From Paraspadella gotoi (lineage: Eukaryota > Animalia > Chaetognatha): a DNA stretch of 64,000 nt. The position numbers were made by a program, and so were the translations under genes. Location of the stretch: positions 19,532,304-19,596,303 of the forward strand of contig CM119263.1 of assembly GCA_051294375.1 (NCBI GenBank), in the 5' to 3' direction. The notes under the pieces are model-generated. The model did no database searches and was not told the origin of the DNA. It saw only the letters and a program-made list of their open reading frames with translations. Of the stretch, positions 39,765 through 53,135 are shown piece by piece (the first letter of the stretch is position 1; every line of letters begins with the position of its first letter).

Positions 39765-42491
39765 ATGGCTTTCATTGAACAAAATTACGAACCAAAACTT
39801 ATTGGGGACGAAGAAACCAAGCGTCTCGACAATGACACAGGAACGAACGACACACAACTTGAAATAATCGCCGATGAAGCTAAAAATAAAATTGATGACC
39901 GAAAGGATATTCAAGAAGCAAACGAAAATTCCTCGGATGACAACCACGAAAACAAACAATCGGACGCTAAAGAGGAAACTACACCTGAACTCCCGGTTGC
40001 TCCCGACGACCACTCTCCTAATGCCCCCGCCGAGGCACCCAGCACTTTTTGCCGACGTTGTCGGGACTTTTGGTTTACCGCCTGCACTGGCATTTGCTGC
40101 TGCTTCCCTGAAAGTGGGTACATCGCCCAGCAAAAGACGGAAACTACCAGCGCCCTTGTAAAAAACCCACTGAACGAGCGTCGGCATCGTGTAAGTTGCA
40201 CCGATCTGCCGACGCTGATTTTTTTCTCGCTCGTCGCCGCCGCCTCCTTCGCTGTATGCGTCGTGGCCATCGTTAAGGGAAATCCGATGCGGCTCTACTA
40301 CGGCTATGACTCATTCGGAAACACTTGCGGCTCAGGAAACGGCAGCGCCATATTCGACAATCGGCCCGTTAAGGGATGTTCTCTCAGCGGTCGTGATATG
40401 ACGAATAAAAAATTTGTCTTCTTCATGGACGCGTTGTATCCTTTCTCGTCGATGCGACTGTGCGTAGAACAGTGCCCGACGGGAGAATCGGGGAGTGGTG
40501 CCGACATCGCAATCGCGATTCCCTGCGTGCGCAAGGTGGGAATAACGATGTGCGGCTTGAAAGATTACTACGACAAACATAAAGTACGCTTGTGCCGTTA
40601 CGACATCGACCCCGACGTCTATTTTAAACAGGAATCTGGGCTTTTGGGACCTTGTCCCTCAGTCCCCGTCATGGGCTCATCTCCGGTTTTTAATAGATGT
40701 GTTCCTGAAATTGGACAGACCGCCTTTAAAAAAGTATGGGACGCTGTGGTGGGTTCCATTACTCAGTCTAGATTTTACCAAACTCTCATCCGCAGCGTTG
40801 TTGGAAGCTCCGTCGAAATAACTCTTTTGCTTTTGCTTTCGACGCTGATGGCTTTTCTCATCATTGTCCTCATTTACTTCATCACCTCCGTCATTTTTTG
40901 GGTCCTGCTAGCACTTGCCGGGGTTGGCATGGTGACTGGCACCTCGCTCCTTTGGTATCAATACACTCTTTACAAAAACGGCACGGCGCTTCCACGCGTC
41001 GTTCCCATCCTCGAAATCGAATACGCTTCTGAGCGTACCTTCCTGTTTTACAGTATAACCGCGACGATCCTCACAGTGACCGCAGTCATAGCGTTCGCCG
41101 TCGCCTTCAACAAGATCAAGGTCGTGATCAAAGTTTTTCATCGCGCCGGCCGAATTCTCGTCAGCTCTCCGCTGCTCCTTTTTGTCCCCGTCATCACCGT
41201 CGTCTTCCTCGGATGTTTCGTTGCCTTCTGGACGACGACACTTTTGGCGCTGAGCTCGGCCGGCGACGCTCGCGTTAATGAAACTACTGGTTTCGTTTAC
41301 GTGGCGCCGAACCGGGCCATCGAAGGCGCCTGGTGGTTTCACGCGTTTTGCTTTTTCTGGTTTTCCCAGTTTATCCTTGACTGTCAGAACGTTGTCGTCG
41401 CCGCCGTCATTGTCAACTACTTCTTCCGACCGGACGACAGGTGCATCGTGTTTCCTGTCACTCGCGCCATATGTACACTTGTTCGTCACCACATTGGCTC
41501 CGTGGCCTTCGGCTCACTGTTTGTGACGTTATGGCGAATACCCAAGTACGTGATCCGTATTATCAAAGTTAAATTACCAGACCTCCAGGAGCCGTTTCAG
41601 ATTAATCGCAACGGATACGCCATGGTGACTATTGAACGATCCTGCTTCTTCAACGCCGCCAATAACGCCGAGGCCGAGCTGCTCAGAAATTCATTGCAGG
41701 TGTGGCGAATTAAATTATCAACGTTAGTGTTTGTAATCTGAATTTTTTTAATACTGTCTATTGCTATTTGTATTTCCGATTGTTTCTTAAAGTGCCCCCC
41801 TTCCCGAAAAATAAAAACAATCGTTTTGATTAAATTAAAATCGATCACGATTGAGTAATTTTAGAGTTTCTTTTAATTTTAATTTAAAATTTGAAAAAAC
41901 GCAATTTTATTTCCCTATTTACTAAGTAATTGTAATTCACGAATTACCAGAGAAATCCCCTCACAGGTTAAAGCGATCAACTCACTCGGCGACTTCGTCC
42001 TCATCGTGGGAAAGATCTTCGTCACCTCCTTCACCCTTGTCGTCGGATTTTATTGGCTTAAATCCAAGCCGGACAATGAGTTTTTTCTCTTCCCTCTTTT
42101 TCTCGTCGTTGTCTTCGCATATTTTGTCTCGCATTCGTTTATGTCCGTCTATGAGGCCGCCGTCGACACGTTGCTGCTGTGCTACTGCGTCGACGTGGCA
42201 GACAACGACGGTGCGGCCGCGCACACGAGGGAGGCGGGGCGCGCGTTGGAAGAGGCTTCCGGTGAAATCGATCGTATTGATGAAGAGACGAAGGCAAAGA
42301 GGGAGAGGTTAAAGAGGCGAGGAAAGAGGAAGAAGCGAGGCGACGATTTCGAGGTGGTAGAAGAGAGTCAGATTACTGAGATTACAGAGATGCAAGTTGA
42401 CATTCGTGGCCAAACTGCTCAGGAAAAGGAAGAAACGAAAGTTGTGTTTGACCAACAGAGCGAGAGCAGACCTTTTTTGGGAAATGTTTAA
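39765..42491 (+). CDS. Choline transporter-like protein (SLC44/CTL family, closest in style to CTL1), 819 aa. Exons 39765-41699 and 41967-42491
   Basis: CTL signatures SCTD, GNPMRLYYGYDSFGNTCG, CVEQCP, VFNRCVP, HHIGSVAFGSL, INRNGY, INSLGDFVLIVGK, FMSVYEAAVDTLLLCYCVD; about 10 hydrophobic helices; one phase-0 GT-AG intron. Confidence 0.9.
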
Positions 42492-43409
42492 CTGATGATT
42501 TGTGACTCTTTATCAAGTTTATGGTGAAAGTTTTTTCTTTGCTGCTTTCGTTTAAAAAAATACTTAGTTTTTTGTTTATTTTATGCTTATTACCGAACAT
42601 TGAAGATACTTTTGTTTTTACGAAAAAAACTGCAGGTAACTTTTTTCGTCGGTAATTCTCAATTTTTTTTATTGTGTTGGCATATTTTGTAAAAACGATT
42701 GTTGCAATAAATTTTTGTGCATGCGGTGTCTCTTGTTTCATGCTTTAATTTTTTAATTATTATTTCTTACTTCGTCTTACTTCTATTTTATATCCAGTTT
42801 TTGGGTCTGTTTATTTTTAATACAATTTTTTCGTTATTGCTTCATTATTTATTGATAGCTGATAACAATTGAGAGGAAATCAACGAATCCTAGAGCTAGA
42901 ATTATTGCTATACCTATTTCCTAAAAATGAGAAGGGCTTATTTTTACATTTTGTGGTCGGTTATTTTTTTCGCTTCTTATGAGCGACGTATATACAATTA
43001 TACAGGGTAAAAAAAAATTATTTTTAAGATCTATTGTTCGAAAAATTTAGTTCTCAAAAGGATAGTCGCATTCTTTAATGATTGAAATATTTTAATCAAT
43101 AACTTTAACCTTGTTTTGTCTATAGTGGTAGTTTTCTAGGAATCTTTAACTTTGTTTTGTCTTTAGACTTAGCTTTGTTTTTGATGCTCCTGTATGTACT
43201 GAATCAACCTAGTTGAATTCGAAATAAAACGAATATATATAGAAATCTCGTTACACACAAAAAAAAGATACTGGTATTATAAGTGGTAAGTGTAAAACAG
43301 ATTATTATTATAAATTTTTAACCACCTCTAATCCCTAACCAACCATAACCGTTTAAAAAATGTAGCACAAAAATATTGTTGTTTTTTTCTTTTCTTTGTT
43401 ATTAAGAAA

Positions 43410-43590
43410 GAAAATTTTGGACATGTTTCGACTTCAATGTAAACCTTCATCAGCGTAAAAACGAATTGATTTGTGAAAAAAAATATTTTCACAGACTTTG
43501 AAGTTTAAAGAGAGAGAGAGAGAGAGGGGGTCTGTTTCACACACGCTAACGAAGGCTTACATTGAAGCTAAAACCTGTCCAAAATTTGTT
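43410..43590. ncRNA. Divergent (inverted) pair of Penelope-type hammerhead ribozyme relics
   Basis: Minus strand 43456-43418 CGCTGATGAAGGTTTACATTGAAGTCGAAACATGTCC; plus strand 43544-43580 CGCTAACGAAGGCTTACATTGAAGCTAAAACCTGTCC (core mutated). Confidence 0.6.
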
Positions 43591-44429
43591 TTTTTTTATA
43601 AAACTCGTACGTAAACAAACAATTCATTTTCTACCTTAAACATAAAAATAGCAATTAAAATAAATTTAAAGCAATTATTATTTATTATAAAATTATATAA
43701 TTTGTATTACTAAACAAAAAAAAATGTATATTATTACGCAAAGTGGGACTCGACGCTAGAGGGAAAACAAAATTAAATGGATTAACAAAGCACCGACCGG
43801 TAGTACCTAAGATTGGTTGCGGACGTCGAATTGTAAAGTTACCCTGTTTACTATTATTAACCGCTCAGAACGGTCTATATTAAATGCTTACAAATTCCTA
43901 ATCGTCGAGAAATCAAATTTCAAGTACAATTATAATTTATTTTTTTTTTTTATAGGTTGAAAGCCGATGGACATTTTCGAAAAAGGAATTGTATGGTTCC
44001 AAAGCAAAGGTACAATTTAAATTTTTTTCTGTTCTTTCTGCATTATTAACAATTGACAATTTTTTGTTCTTTCTGCATTATCCTTTGCCTAAGGCTTATT
44101 AAAAAAATTCTATTGCAGCTTGTGAATTTTGTGCATTAGGTCACAGCCAGAGATCTTGACATAAAAGCTAGAATGATTCAATTAAGATAAAAATTTAGAA
44201 AATAAAAAATTTCCCTAATGATGACGACATAGAAATAATACATAAGTGATAATGCGCAATGAAGAAAGCATTAGAAGATTTTCCAAACTGAAATTCAAAT
44301 TTACTGATATAAACTTAGTGGTGGGAAATTTTGTTCCGATAATAACCTGTCGTCGATCCGCACGCTTTAACTTAACAATAAGTTGAGTAACTCGTCAAAC
44401 TCAGTTACTTCGCGTTATTATCGTTAGCA

Positions 44430-45596
44430 ATGAAACCCTCGGTTCTGTTGCTGTGTATCTCCGCTGCCGTCGTCGTTAGCGCATACGACGCAGTGTCTCT
44501 TCAACGCCGTCGCATTGTCGACAAAGGCAACGCTTGGGTCGATGACTTCATCGAGGGACACCGCGAGCAATTGCGCCGCCTGGTTGCCGGCATAAAGTTT
44601 CCCGATGCCGATTTCTCCGTGGGCCCCGCCCGCATTCGCCTCTCCAATGGGTACGTTTCAAACCTCGAAGAGCTGTTCCGCATCGGCGACTGGGAATTGG
44701 TTCGGCTAGTGAACGACGAGCTGCGGCTAAACCTGCTACTCGGTGTTGACGACGCTGTTGCTGGTTACGACTGCTTCGCTCAGTTGGGTCCCGTTGGGCT
44801 CCGTAAGAAGATCCGGGTCTCCGTTCAGAGGGTCCGGCTTAAAGTAGAGGCGACCCAGTTCTTTGGGTCGTTGGGAAACGAGGGAGTCGTGGGAGAAAAC
44901 ATTCTTAATTTCAACGCGCATGCGCAGTTGAGGCTACATCTAGTCGGAATCCATGTCGACGTGAGTATTTGGAGCAGGAAAGGTTAAAAAAATTAATATA
45001 ATTGAATGATAACGTTAAGTATTGGGTAATATATTTAGGGCGGAGAAAATTTCGTTAAAAACGATTAAACACTTCAGCACTAATTAAGTTTCGCCGACTG
45101 GGACCTACCATGTCAGTTATTTTTTTAATCGTATATATCATTATCTTTTTCAGGTCAGTTAAGGGTGGTTAGGAGTAGGGGTTTTTAGAATCAAAAGAAT
45201 AACGACCGGGAAGATCTTAAACAGTACAATTTTACGGAACTCTAATTTGTAGGTACGCGCTCTCGGATTTCCATTTGACCAGTTTTTGAGTGCCATTTCC
45301 ACCGCCGTTGTGCAAAATTTCAAACGAGATATTTTCAATTTGGTAAAAACTGCTATCAGGTAAAACTCAGTATCTCTAATATGAGGTGACTTACGACCGG
45401 TTTCTTACTAGATTCTAGAACCTTTCTTTTCTCTCTCCCTCGGGCCAGTCGGTCACCACGGTCACTCTGCCCGAGCTTTGGCAAAGTCGGTCGTAAGTCG
45501 CCTCAAATATATCTTAATTATACTTAGCTATTAATTGTATCTCGTTTTTTATTTTCTTGTGTTAGGGACTTCGTATACAAAGTGAACGGATTTTGA
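44430..45596 (+). CDS. Secreted protein resembling the group 7 allergen / TULIP lipid-binding family, 222 aa. Exons 44430-44960, 45253-45359, 45566-45596
   Basis: Signal peptide MKPSVLLLCISAAVVVSA; pattern GNAWVD…IKFPD…IRLSNGYVSNLEELFRIGD typical of Der p 7-like proteins; C-terminal amphipathic helix; GT-AG introns; 669 nt in frame. Confidence 0.7.
45382..45505. mobile_element. Tiny MITE (~124 bp) in the last intron of the secreted-protein gene
   Basis: TIRs TGAGGTGACTTACGACCG / CGGTCGTAAGTCGCCTCA flanked by a direct AATA repeat. Confidence 0.65.
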
Positions 45597-46057
45597 TACG
45601 TTGAAGTCATTGGTACTCGAATTGTTCATTTGTATCCAATGGTCTTGAAGTGGAGGACATCTGATGATCATGACCTGTAAAGTTATTGCGGAAAATTCAG
45701 ATAATTGAGTTTTTCTCAGCTGTATTGAATGTTAGATGATAAAATAGAGAAAATATTATATGCGAAATTTAAAAAAAGGCTTGGGATAGTTTTAAATTTT
45801 AGCGAGAATTGTATTGAGCGCAAATGCATATACTTGGACAGATAAATTTTATGCAAAATTTGAGACAAGCAAAATTTTTTTACACTTATTATTCTTTGTA
45901 TTACGAAATAATCCTTAATGAAGTATCTAATTTTTGTTCTGATAAACTTGTATAACAATACAGTATTATAATACAGTATAATTGGTTAAGTCTTGATTTC
46001 GGTTGACAGTGTTCTTTCGTCATATTTTGATGTCACTTAATCGATTCTTCATTGTGT

Positions 46058-46170
46058 TGTGGCAATGATCGAGATAAGGTTCAATAACAAGTAAAACGAG
46101 AGAAACGGGAATAAAAGACTCTACGTCTGGTTTCACTAATAAGTGACCATTCGATATAACAATACATTGG

Positions 46171-46213
<43 letters not shown>

Positions 46214-46672
46214 TTCGGATCGCTTGGTTGATACGGTTGTAACGGTTGCGTGAACAGTTCATTCGAGTTGCCACACATCGCCCCACCAAGCCTTTGGCCC
46301 GGTGGGACGAAGGCTTATGAGAATAGTTTATTTTATTCCTCTTGATCTTCAGGCGGTTGAAGTATAGAGGGTAGTAAGTTGACCAGATTCGGAATCGAAC
46401 TTGCCGGACGGTTGAGGATGGGAATGATGGAGGGTGATGGTGGAATGGGTGATGGAATAATTGGAACAGGAGGAAGGGATGTCGGTTGGGTGTTTTTGCG
46501 ACGTCGTCCACGTGGACGTGCTTGAGGAGGAGTAGGAGGTGCATCTTCATTGATTATGGCTGGCTTAAGGCGATCCACTGAGATGGTTTCAATGCCTCTG
46601 CCAGGGATTTGGACTTNNNNNNNNNNNNNNNNNNNACATAAGGTCCGTCATAGGGTGGTTGAAGAGGTGTGG
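46058..46672 (-). mobile_element. 3' end of a Ty3/gypsy LTR retrotransposon: integrase GPY/F tail, polypurine tract and 218-bp LTR (46058-46275)
   Basis: TPLQPPYDGPYV [N gap] VQIPGRGIETISVDRLKPA; PPT-like TGGTGGGGCGA directly before an LTR bounded by TGTGGCAA…TTGCCACA. Confidence 0.85.
46617..46635. other. Assembly gap (N run)
   Basis: 19 N bases. Confidence 1.
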
Positions 46673-47132
46673 AGTTATTGACTCATTGTTTCGTAGTCTC
46701 GGTCGTCGTCGTCTTAGTCGTTAATATGCCTTCATAATGTGTTTGTTGCTAAAATACGGAATTTGATGCGAGAGACGGAGATCAAGAGTTCTCATTAACA
46801 CGCTCGACGCGACCATTCAGCGTTTTCAGGCTCAATTTCTGCAACATACTCGATAATTCCTAACACTCGTAACATCCACACCTTCAATAGAATGTTATGT
46901 CATAGTATGTATCCAACTAAATTTTATATCTTATCACTGCCTCATCTCCCCGTCTCCCATTTTTTGAAAATGAGTCCCGCTAGCTAAACCGCGTTCGCTG
47001 TTCTCCGATTAAATTATCTTCCTCTTTCACCACCCGCTTCCCATTCTCACATTTTCTCGAAGAAAAAAAAACACATCTTCCTTAATGGAAGTATTTCATC
47101 ATCGTTTCTATCACCGGGAGAAATCTAGAGGG

Positions 47133-47197
<65 letters not shown>

Positions 47198-47609
47198 CGG
47201 GTTCTCCCCCCTTCCCATTGAAATTGAAGCCAAAAGGTGCGTCAACTTACGATTTCTTATCTCTCTATAAATTTAGCCCAGTTTGTTTTCTAAATACTAC
47301 ATGCTATGTGATCTCTTCACTTGGTCTACTATTGAATTCATAGAGTCTTATTCGCCTTCGATTTCGTCTATTCTATTTGGTGTCGCTTGAGCCTCTTTGT
47401 CTCCAATTTTTAACTAGTTTTTTCCCTAAATTTAGGGCAATGGACGATTATCACTTTGGGTTTTATGCCCACATTCTCTTCGTGCTCTTCCTCCTCTCTA
47501 TCATTTAGTACTTACCTAGAAATCCGTATTTTTCGCGGCATCTGATTTTTTTCGTCATTTGACAACTTTTACACCGTCGACAATTCTTAATTATCAAAAC
47601 AACTACATA

Positions 47610-48542
47610 CATGGTGACAATTTTACAAGCGCCGGTAGAAATACGCTGTCATTTGCAAACCAGTGGTTATTTCATTGATTTTAAAATTGAGTTGAGTAGA
47701 AAATATTAAAACTATTTATGTGTTCAAATTTTATATTGATCAGTTAAGATATGCCTTGACAATGAGTGGAGAAAGTTGGCTTGTCAAATCGGGTTTCATT
47801 TTCCAACTCACTGTTTTTAAATTCAACTTTTAGCTTTTTTTTAAACAAAGTATTTATAAAAATATTAACAATATTAATATCCTCAGAAAGCCCTTAAAAA
47901 GAGATTGATATACTTACGAATACTGTAGTATAAAATTCAACTGGCCCAGCTTTAATTTAATTAGGATATTTAAAAATGAGACATCTTTTTAAAAATCATT
48001 AGCTGGAGAGTAAATTTATAATTTTTATCAATTGTGATTGGCTATCTTAAATCTTTTTTTCTCAGGCTCTTTCATGATACTTATATAAATAATAATATTT
48101 TTTGTTATAATAATTTAAACAGTTCATATATTTTAAAAAAAGATTTAAAATTTTAAATAATTCATTTTTGACACTCTTAATTGAACCAAGGCTGGGCAGC
48201 TTACTTTTTATGTTAGAGCTTTCGTAAGTATATCAATCTCTTCATATTTTCAAGGGCTTTCTGAAGATATTAATATTGTTAATATTTTAATAAAAACTTT
48301 GTTTAAAAAAGTGCTAAAAGTTCCCAAAAAAATTGAATTTAAAAAAAATAAGTTGTAAAATGAAACCCGATTTGACAAGCCAACTTTCTCCACTCATTGT
48401 CAAGGCAACTGATCAATATAAAATTTGAACACATAAATAGTTTTAGTATTTTTTACTTAACTCAATTTTAAAATCAATGAAATAACAACTGGTTTGCAAA
48501 TGACAGCATATTTCTACCGGCACTTGTAAAATTGTCACCATG
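47610..48542. mobile_element. Foldback-type MITE, 933 bp, ~350-bp inverted arms, TA target duplication (Tc1/mariner-like)
   Basis: TA|CATGGTGACAATTTTACAAG…; reverse complement …CTTGTAAAATTGTCACCATG|TA; the arms match over hundreds of bases, e.g. TGCCTTGACAATGAGTGGAGAAAGTTGGCTTGTCAAATCGGGTTTCATTTT. Confidence 0.9.
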
Positions 48543-49555
48543 TATTTTTAATTATCGAGCCATAAATAATAAACAGTCGATCCCAAACTTTTCTTAACTA
48601 TATCACAAGTCTAATCAAACATAAAATTCCACTTTTCCCTATTATTTTCGTCTAATCGTCCGTTCCCACAATAATCCAAGCCCAACCCCCTGATCCCGTC
48701 TCCAGCCCCCCTCTCATCCGTCTCTCCTCTTCAAACTTTAAATCGCCTAACCTTCCCAGGATTTCCCGCCAAAAATGCCGAAGCATCCGGTAGCCAGAAA
48801 ATTTTGTTGTCGATTCGCTTGTCAATTTTTACCGCCGACTTTTTCGCTGATTTACAGCATCGTTTCTCGAATGTTCCTCTTATCGTCCTACTTGTAAACG
48901 CATAAAATAAGGATTCACGTTCCACAATCACCTTAGAATGAATCAACCACTGTATATGCTAATTTTTTTTGGAGGGGGGGGAAAATGGGATTATAATTTT
49001 TTTTTTGGGGGGGGGTTCTCGTTTACAACCATTTACTGATTTAGTATACTACCTGAAATCCGCTCCCTCCTCCCGAGAGCTAGGAGAGAGACCGAAGGGA
49101 TTTTTACTGGGTGAATAATCGTTAAGCGGAAAACAGAAGTCGGAACAGAGTCGGAAAAAAAGAAAGAAATGTTTAGCGTCTCTTGGCAGACGCTTAATTG
49201 ATGACGAAACAAAAAAAGTTAGTTTATATTTATTTTTTCGTAGATAACTCCTTAATGTACCCTATGGCCACAATGGCTCTCTGGAAATTCAGGGGTTTGC
49301 GATTTCAATGGTGGCGGGCCTTTTGCTTAATTAGACTTTCGCAATAGCAATTAAGTTGGTGTTATATAAATGTTATCTTTTACTTTTAATGGCGAGGGCC
49401 GATTGATTATAGTGTGTATCGTTGTAATTATTATTGCATTGAAAGATTTAATTTGCAGTATGTACATAAATCAGCCATAGGTGAAGAAAAAAAATTACGA
49501 CCCCTGCTTTGTTTACTCGAGCTCTCGTTCTGATCGCTCGCGTTTTGGAGAATAA

Positions 49556-49690
<135 letters not shown>

Positions 49691-52455
49691 GATTTTGTGG
49701 ATTTGTATTCATTTTTCTGCTTTTTTTTCTTAGAATACGCCTTTTAATATCGCCCGTGGTGAATGTTCATTCGAAAGCAAAATAAAACGTCCGGAACAAA
49801 GAGAACAAAATACGAAACGAACCCAAAAGGAATGATTATCCGGATTACCGATTAGACGTCATACCTTAAAATCGTATTTTTTCGATTGCATTACCAAATG
49901 AAAACAAAACAAAAAACGATACTTAAATCTACATATGTATTTTCTTTGTTCAAAATTTTTTGTGCAACTCGAGATCTGTCTATTCTGTGACGAAGTAAAT
50001 GTCGGAAAAAAAAAGTTTGACTGTTTGTTGAATTGTAGTAATTGGGAAGAGACATGCCAGAAAGGTAGAGAGAGCCGGGGAGGGGAGTTAAAGAAGAGAG
50101 AAAATGATTAGATTTTTTAATTCTCAAGATATTCGAAGAAGTTTGACGAAAAAACAATTTAAAAAAAAAGTTTAACAAGCTTTCCGTCTTAAAGGAATTC
50201 GGTGTCATGGGAATCACAAAAAAAAATGACAAAACGAATTCGTATTTTCTTTCTTTCTTCTTCTTTTTTGATTTTTTTTTTTAGAATTAAGTGAAATTAT
50301 TTGTTATTCTTTTCAAGGATAAAAACGTACGTGTTTCGGTTAATATGCTAGTCTTCATCATCAACTAAACAAGCTCGAAATAACAATGACTTTTTCTTAG
50401 AAACAAAAAAAAAACAAAACAAAAAACCGTTGCCGTGGAACTCCCCAGCGATTCTCCCTACACCGGCTGGTCGATGAAAATCTCCGCATCTCCTAACACG
50501 AGGACGAGAAAAACAAACAAATAATTTCTGTATTTGCGCCAACGATTTATCTTTTAAAAGAAAAAGAGGGAGAGCGGCTTTATTTTTTTTTTTTATATTT
50601 TCGTTCGTCTCTGAACCAGAAAATCGTCGGTTTTCTTAATCGTTAATGAGAATGAGTTTTTTCAAACCCAAAACATGTGAGATGGTTGTTTGATTCGGAA
50701 CGTTTTTATTAAGCCCGAGCGAAAACAAGCGCGGCTTTCGTAAGGAAAGCAAAGACATTCTTGTGAAAGTTCGTTATTTCGCGAACACGTGCGTACGAAC
50801 TGTTCGTTCGTCCGTTCGAACGAGGCCAATCGAACTTTATCTTTTGTTTTCAACTATCGATCAAAATAAGCCTCCAAAAGGCTCTTAATATGAGAAACGA
50901 AGCTAATGACAAGAGGGTTAAAAAAAGAAAAAGATTTTCGACATCGTTCATCCCGACGGACCGATTGCCTGCAAATACCTCGATTCTCGACCACCATCAA
51001 CCTCTCTCTCTCTCTCTCTTATTATAAAACAATTGGTTTAATATTTTTCGTTTACTTTCCCTTTTCTATTTCTTTCTTCTTCTCTCTTCCTCTCTGCCGC
51101 ACAAAACGATTCAAGCGGTCGATTTGCTTCGCTATGATGTCTGTGGTTTAAAATAAGAAAAAGAAATCAACTCGCTCTCTAAGCTTTTTTTTATCACGCG
51201 ATATTTTTTTCATTAATAAAAAAAAACAAAACTGGAGTTCACGCCTCGAACGCTGTCCTGTTAAAAAGGTTATTGTCTTTCAAAAAAGATTTACAGCTCA
51301 CGTTGTTTTCACAGTCGTCTTCCTACCACCTCGAATCCGCAGTAAAGTGAAACCAAGTTGCTGCGATTGTGAATACGGTTGCAGTGATCGTTGCTGCTGT
51401 TTTTGAGGGATCGAACGTTGAAGCAGTCGCGACTAAAGTCTGAAGGTTTTTAAAAAAAAATGTATATGAGGAAAGTCACAACAATGAAAGCCAATATATA
51501 TGTTATAAATGACTTAATAGATTTTCAAACAAACGATGAAGAAAATGTAAAATTTAGTGCACAACGAATAACATTTAGGCATTATAAATTTATGACTTTA
51601 TTCGATATACGATTATTTCGCCTTTACTACCTAAATAGATTATAGAAAAAACGAAATAATACCGGCCCCCGGGATATGTATTTCCATTAATTAATTATGA
51701 AAAAAATAGTCCAGACTGGATTTTTCGCGATTTCTCATCGAGAGGATTAATGCGCTGAGGACAAAGTGGCCTCATTCCTTCGTTTCTGTCGTCGACGAAT
51801 AAATCAAATCTTCGAATCCAAGAATCTCTCCTTTTCTTCTTCCCCGAATTTAATTAACAAAAAAAAATCTTTATTTTCTCATTTCTTTTCCCGCGATCCG
51901 TTTTTTTTAAATTTCCCCTTTTTATTCTCGAATTGTTGTTGTTGTTCTTTATTTTGTTTTTTTACCATTTTTGATTTTCAAGTTAATACATAAGTAATTT
52001 TAGCACCTGATTTCACTTCATTCTCATCGGCATCTTGACCCCTTGGAAACCCCGGGGCACCTACTCACCCTGACGCATCCTGACGCCCCAGCGACCGTGC
52101 CGAAAAGCTTCGCTTGCTTGCGCTGTCACTGTCGAACTTTAACGCTTTTTTTTCGTCCTCATCGTTCGTTGTTATTTTTCATGCCTTTTGTGTAGACATT
52201 TTCTTTTTCTCTCATTACCCATGCCATCGACTTTTCTTCGTTGTTTTCTTCCTCCTCACAAATCCTCTTCCATCCTATCCCCTCTTTTTTTTTCTCCTCT
52301 ATCTTCACCTTTTCTAACGAATCCTGGGGGATTCCGCCAAGGTGGAAGAAGAAAGAAATTTTCAACCAGGAACTCGGAGGGAAAAACGGGGGAAAACGAT
52401 TGAGAGAGAGAGAGAGAGAGAAGAGGAGAGAGAGAGAGAAGAGAGAGAGAGAGAG

Positions 52456-52505
<50 letters not shown>

Positions 52506-53072
52506 ACAGCGCTTAAAAAACTTGAAAAAACTCATGTTATTGTGCAGACATTCGTCTGCTCATTATCATCTGATCTCTTTTTCGCTTTCTTTTAATGTTT
52601 TTTGAGCCGCTTTGTTTTTTCTCTTCGCAATTTTTTGACTGATAGTCACTTGTTTTTGTAAAATTAACAAGATTTTGCCTGACGACTAGTTTAGAAATTC
52701 GTAACAAACATAAGGGATTTAATTGTATCTCGTTGATTGTACTAAAAAGGACATCGACAAAAAAAAAGAATGCAACAAATATCCTCGTGCCTCGTATTAA
52801 GAAATTAAGTCGTATTAAGAAAATCCGTTCTTTTTTTGAAGTTTTCTTTGAATTTCCTTTCCGTAGGTGAGTGGGTGATTTCGTCTCTTATATATTCATC
52901 TCCGTTTTCTTACCTCACTTTTATCTCTTCTCTCACTTTTCTTCTCTCTTTTCTTCCTTCCATTACATACTTTTTTCTTTTCGAATTTCCTTCACTCTCT
53001 TTTCCTTTGCTATTTTCATTTCTACCTTTCTCACTTTTCTTTCCCTTTCATAGTTTTTTCTCTTTTCTTCTC

Positions 53073-53135
<63 letters not shown>

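Noticed and set aside
39717-41848. Antisense and alternative-frame ORFs over the CTL gene
   Set aside because: Shadow ORFs of a GC-rich coding exon
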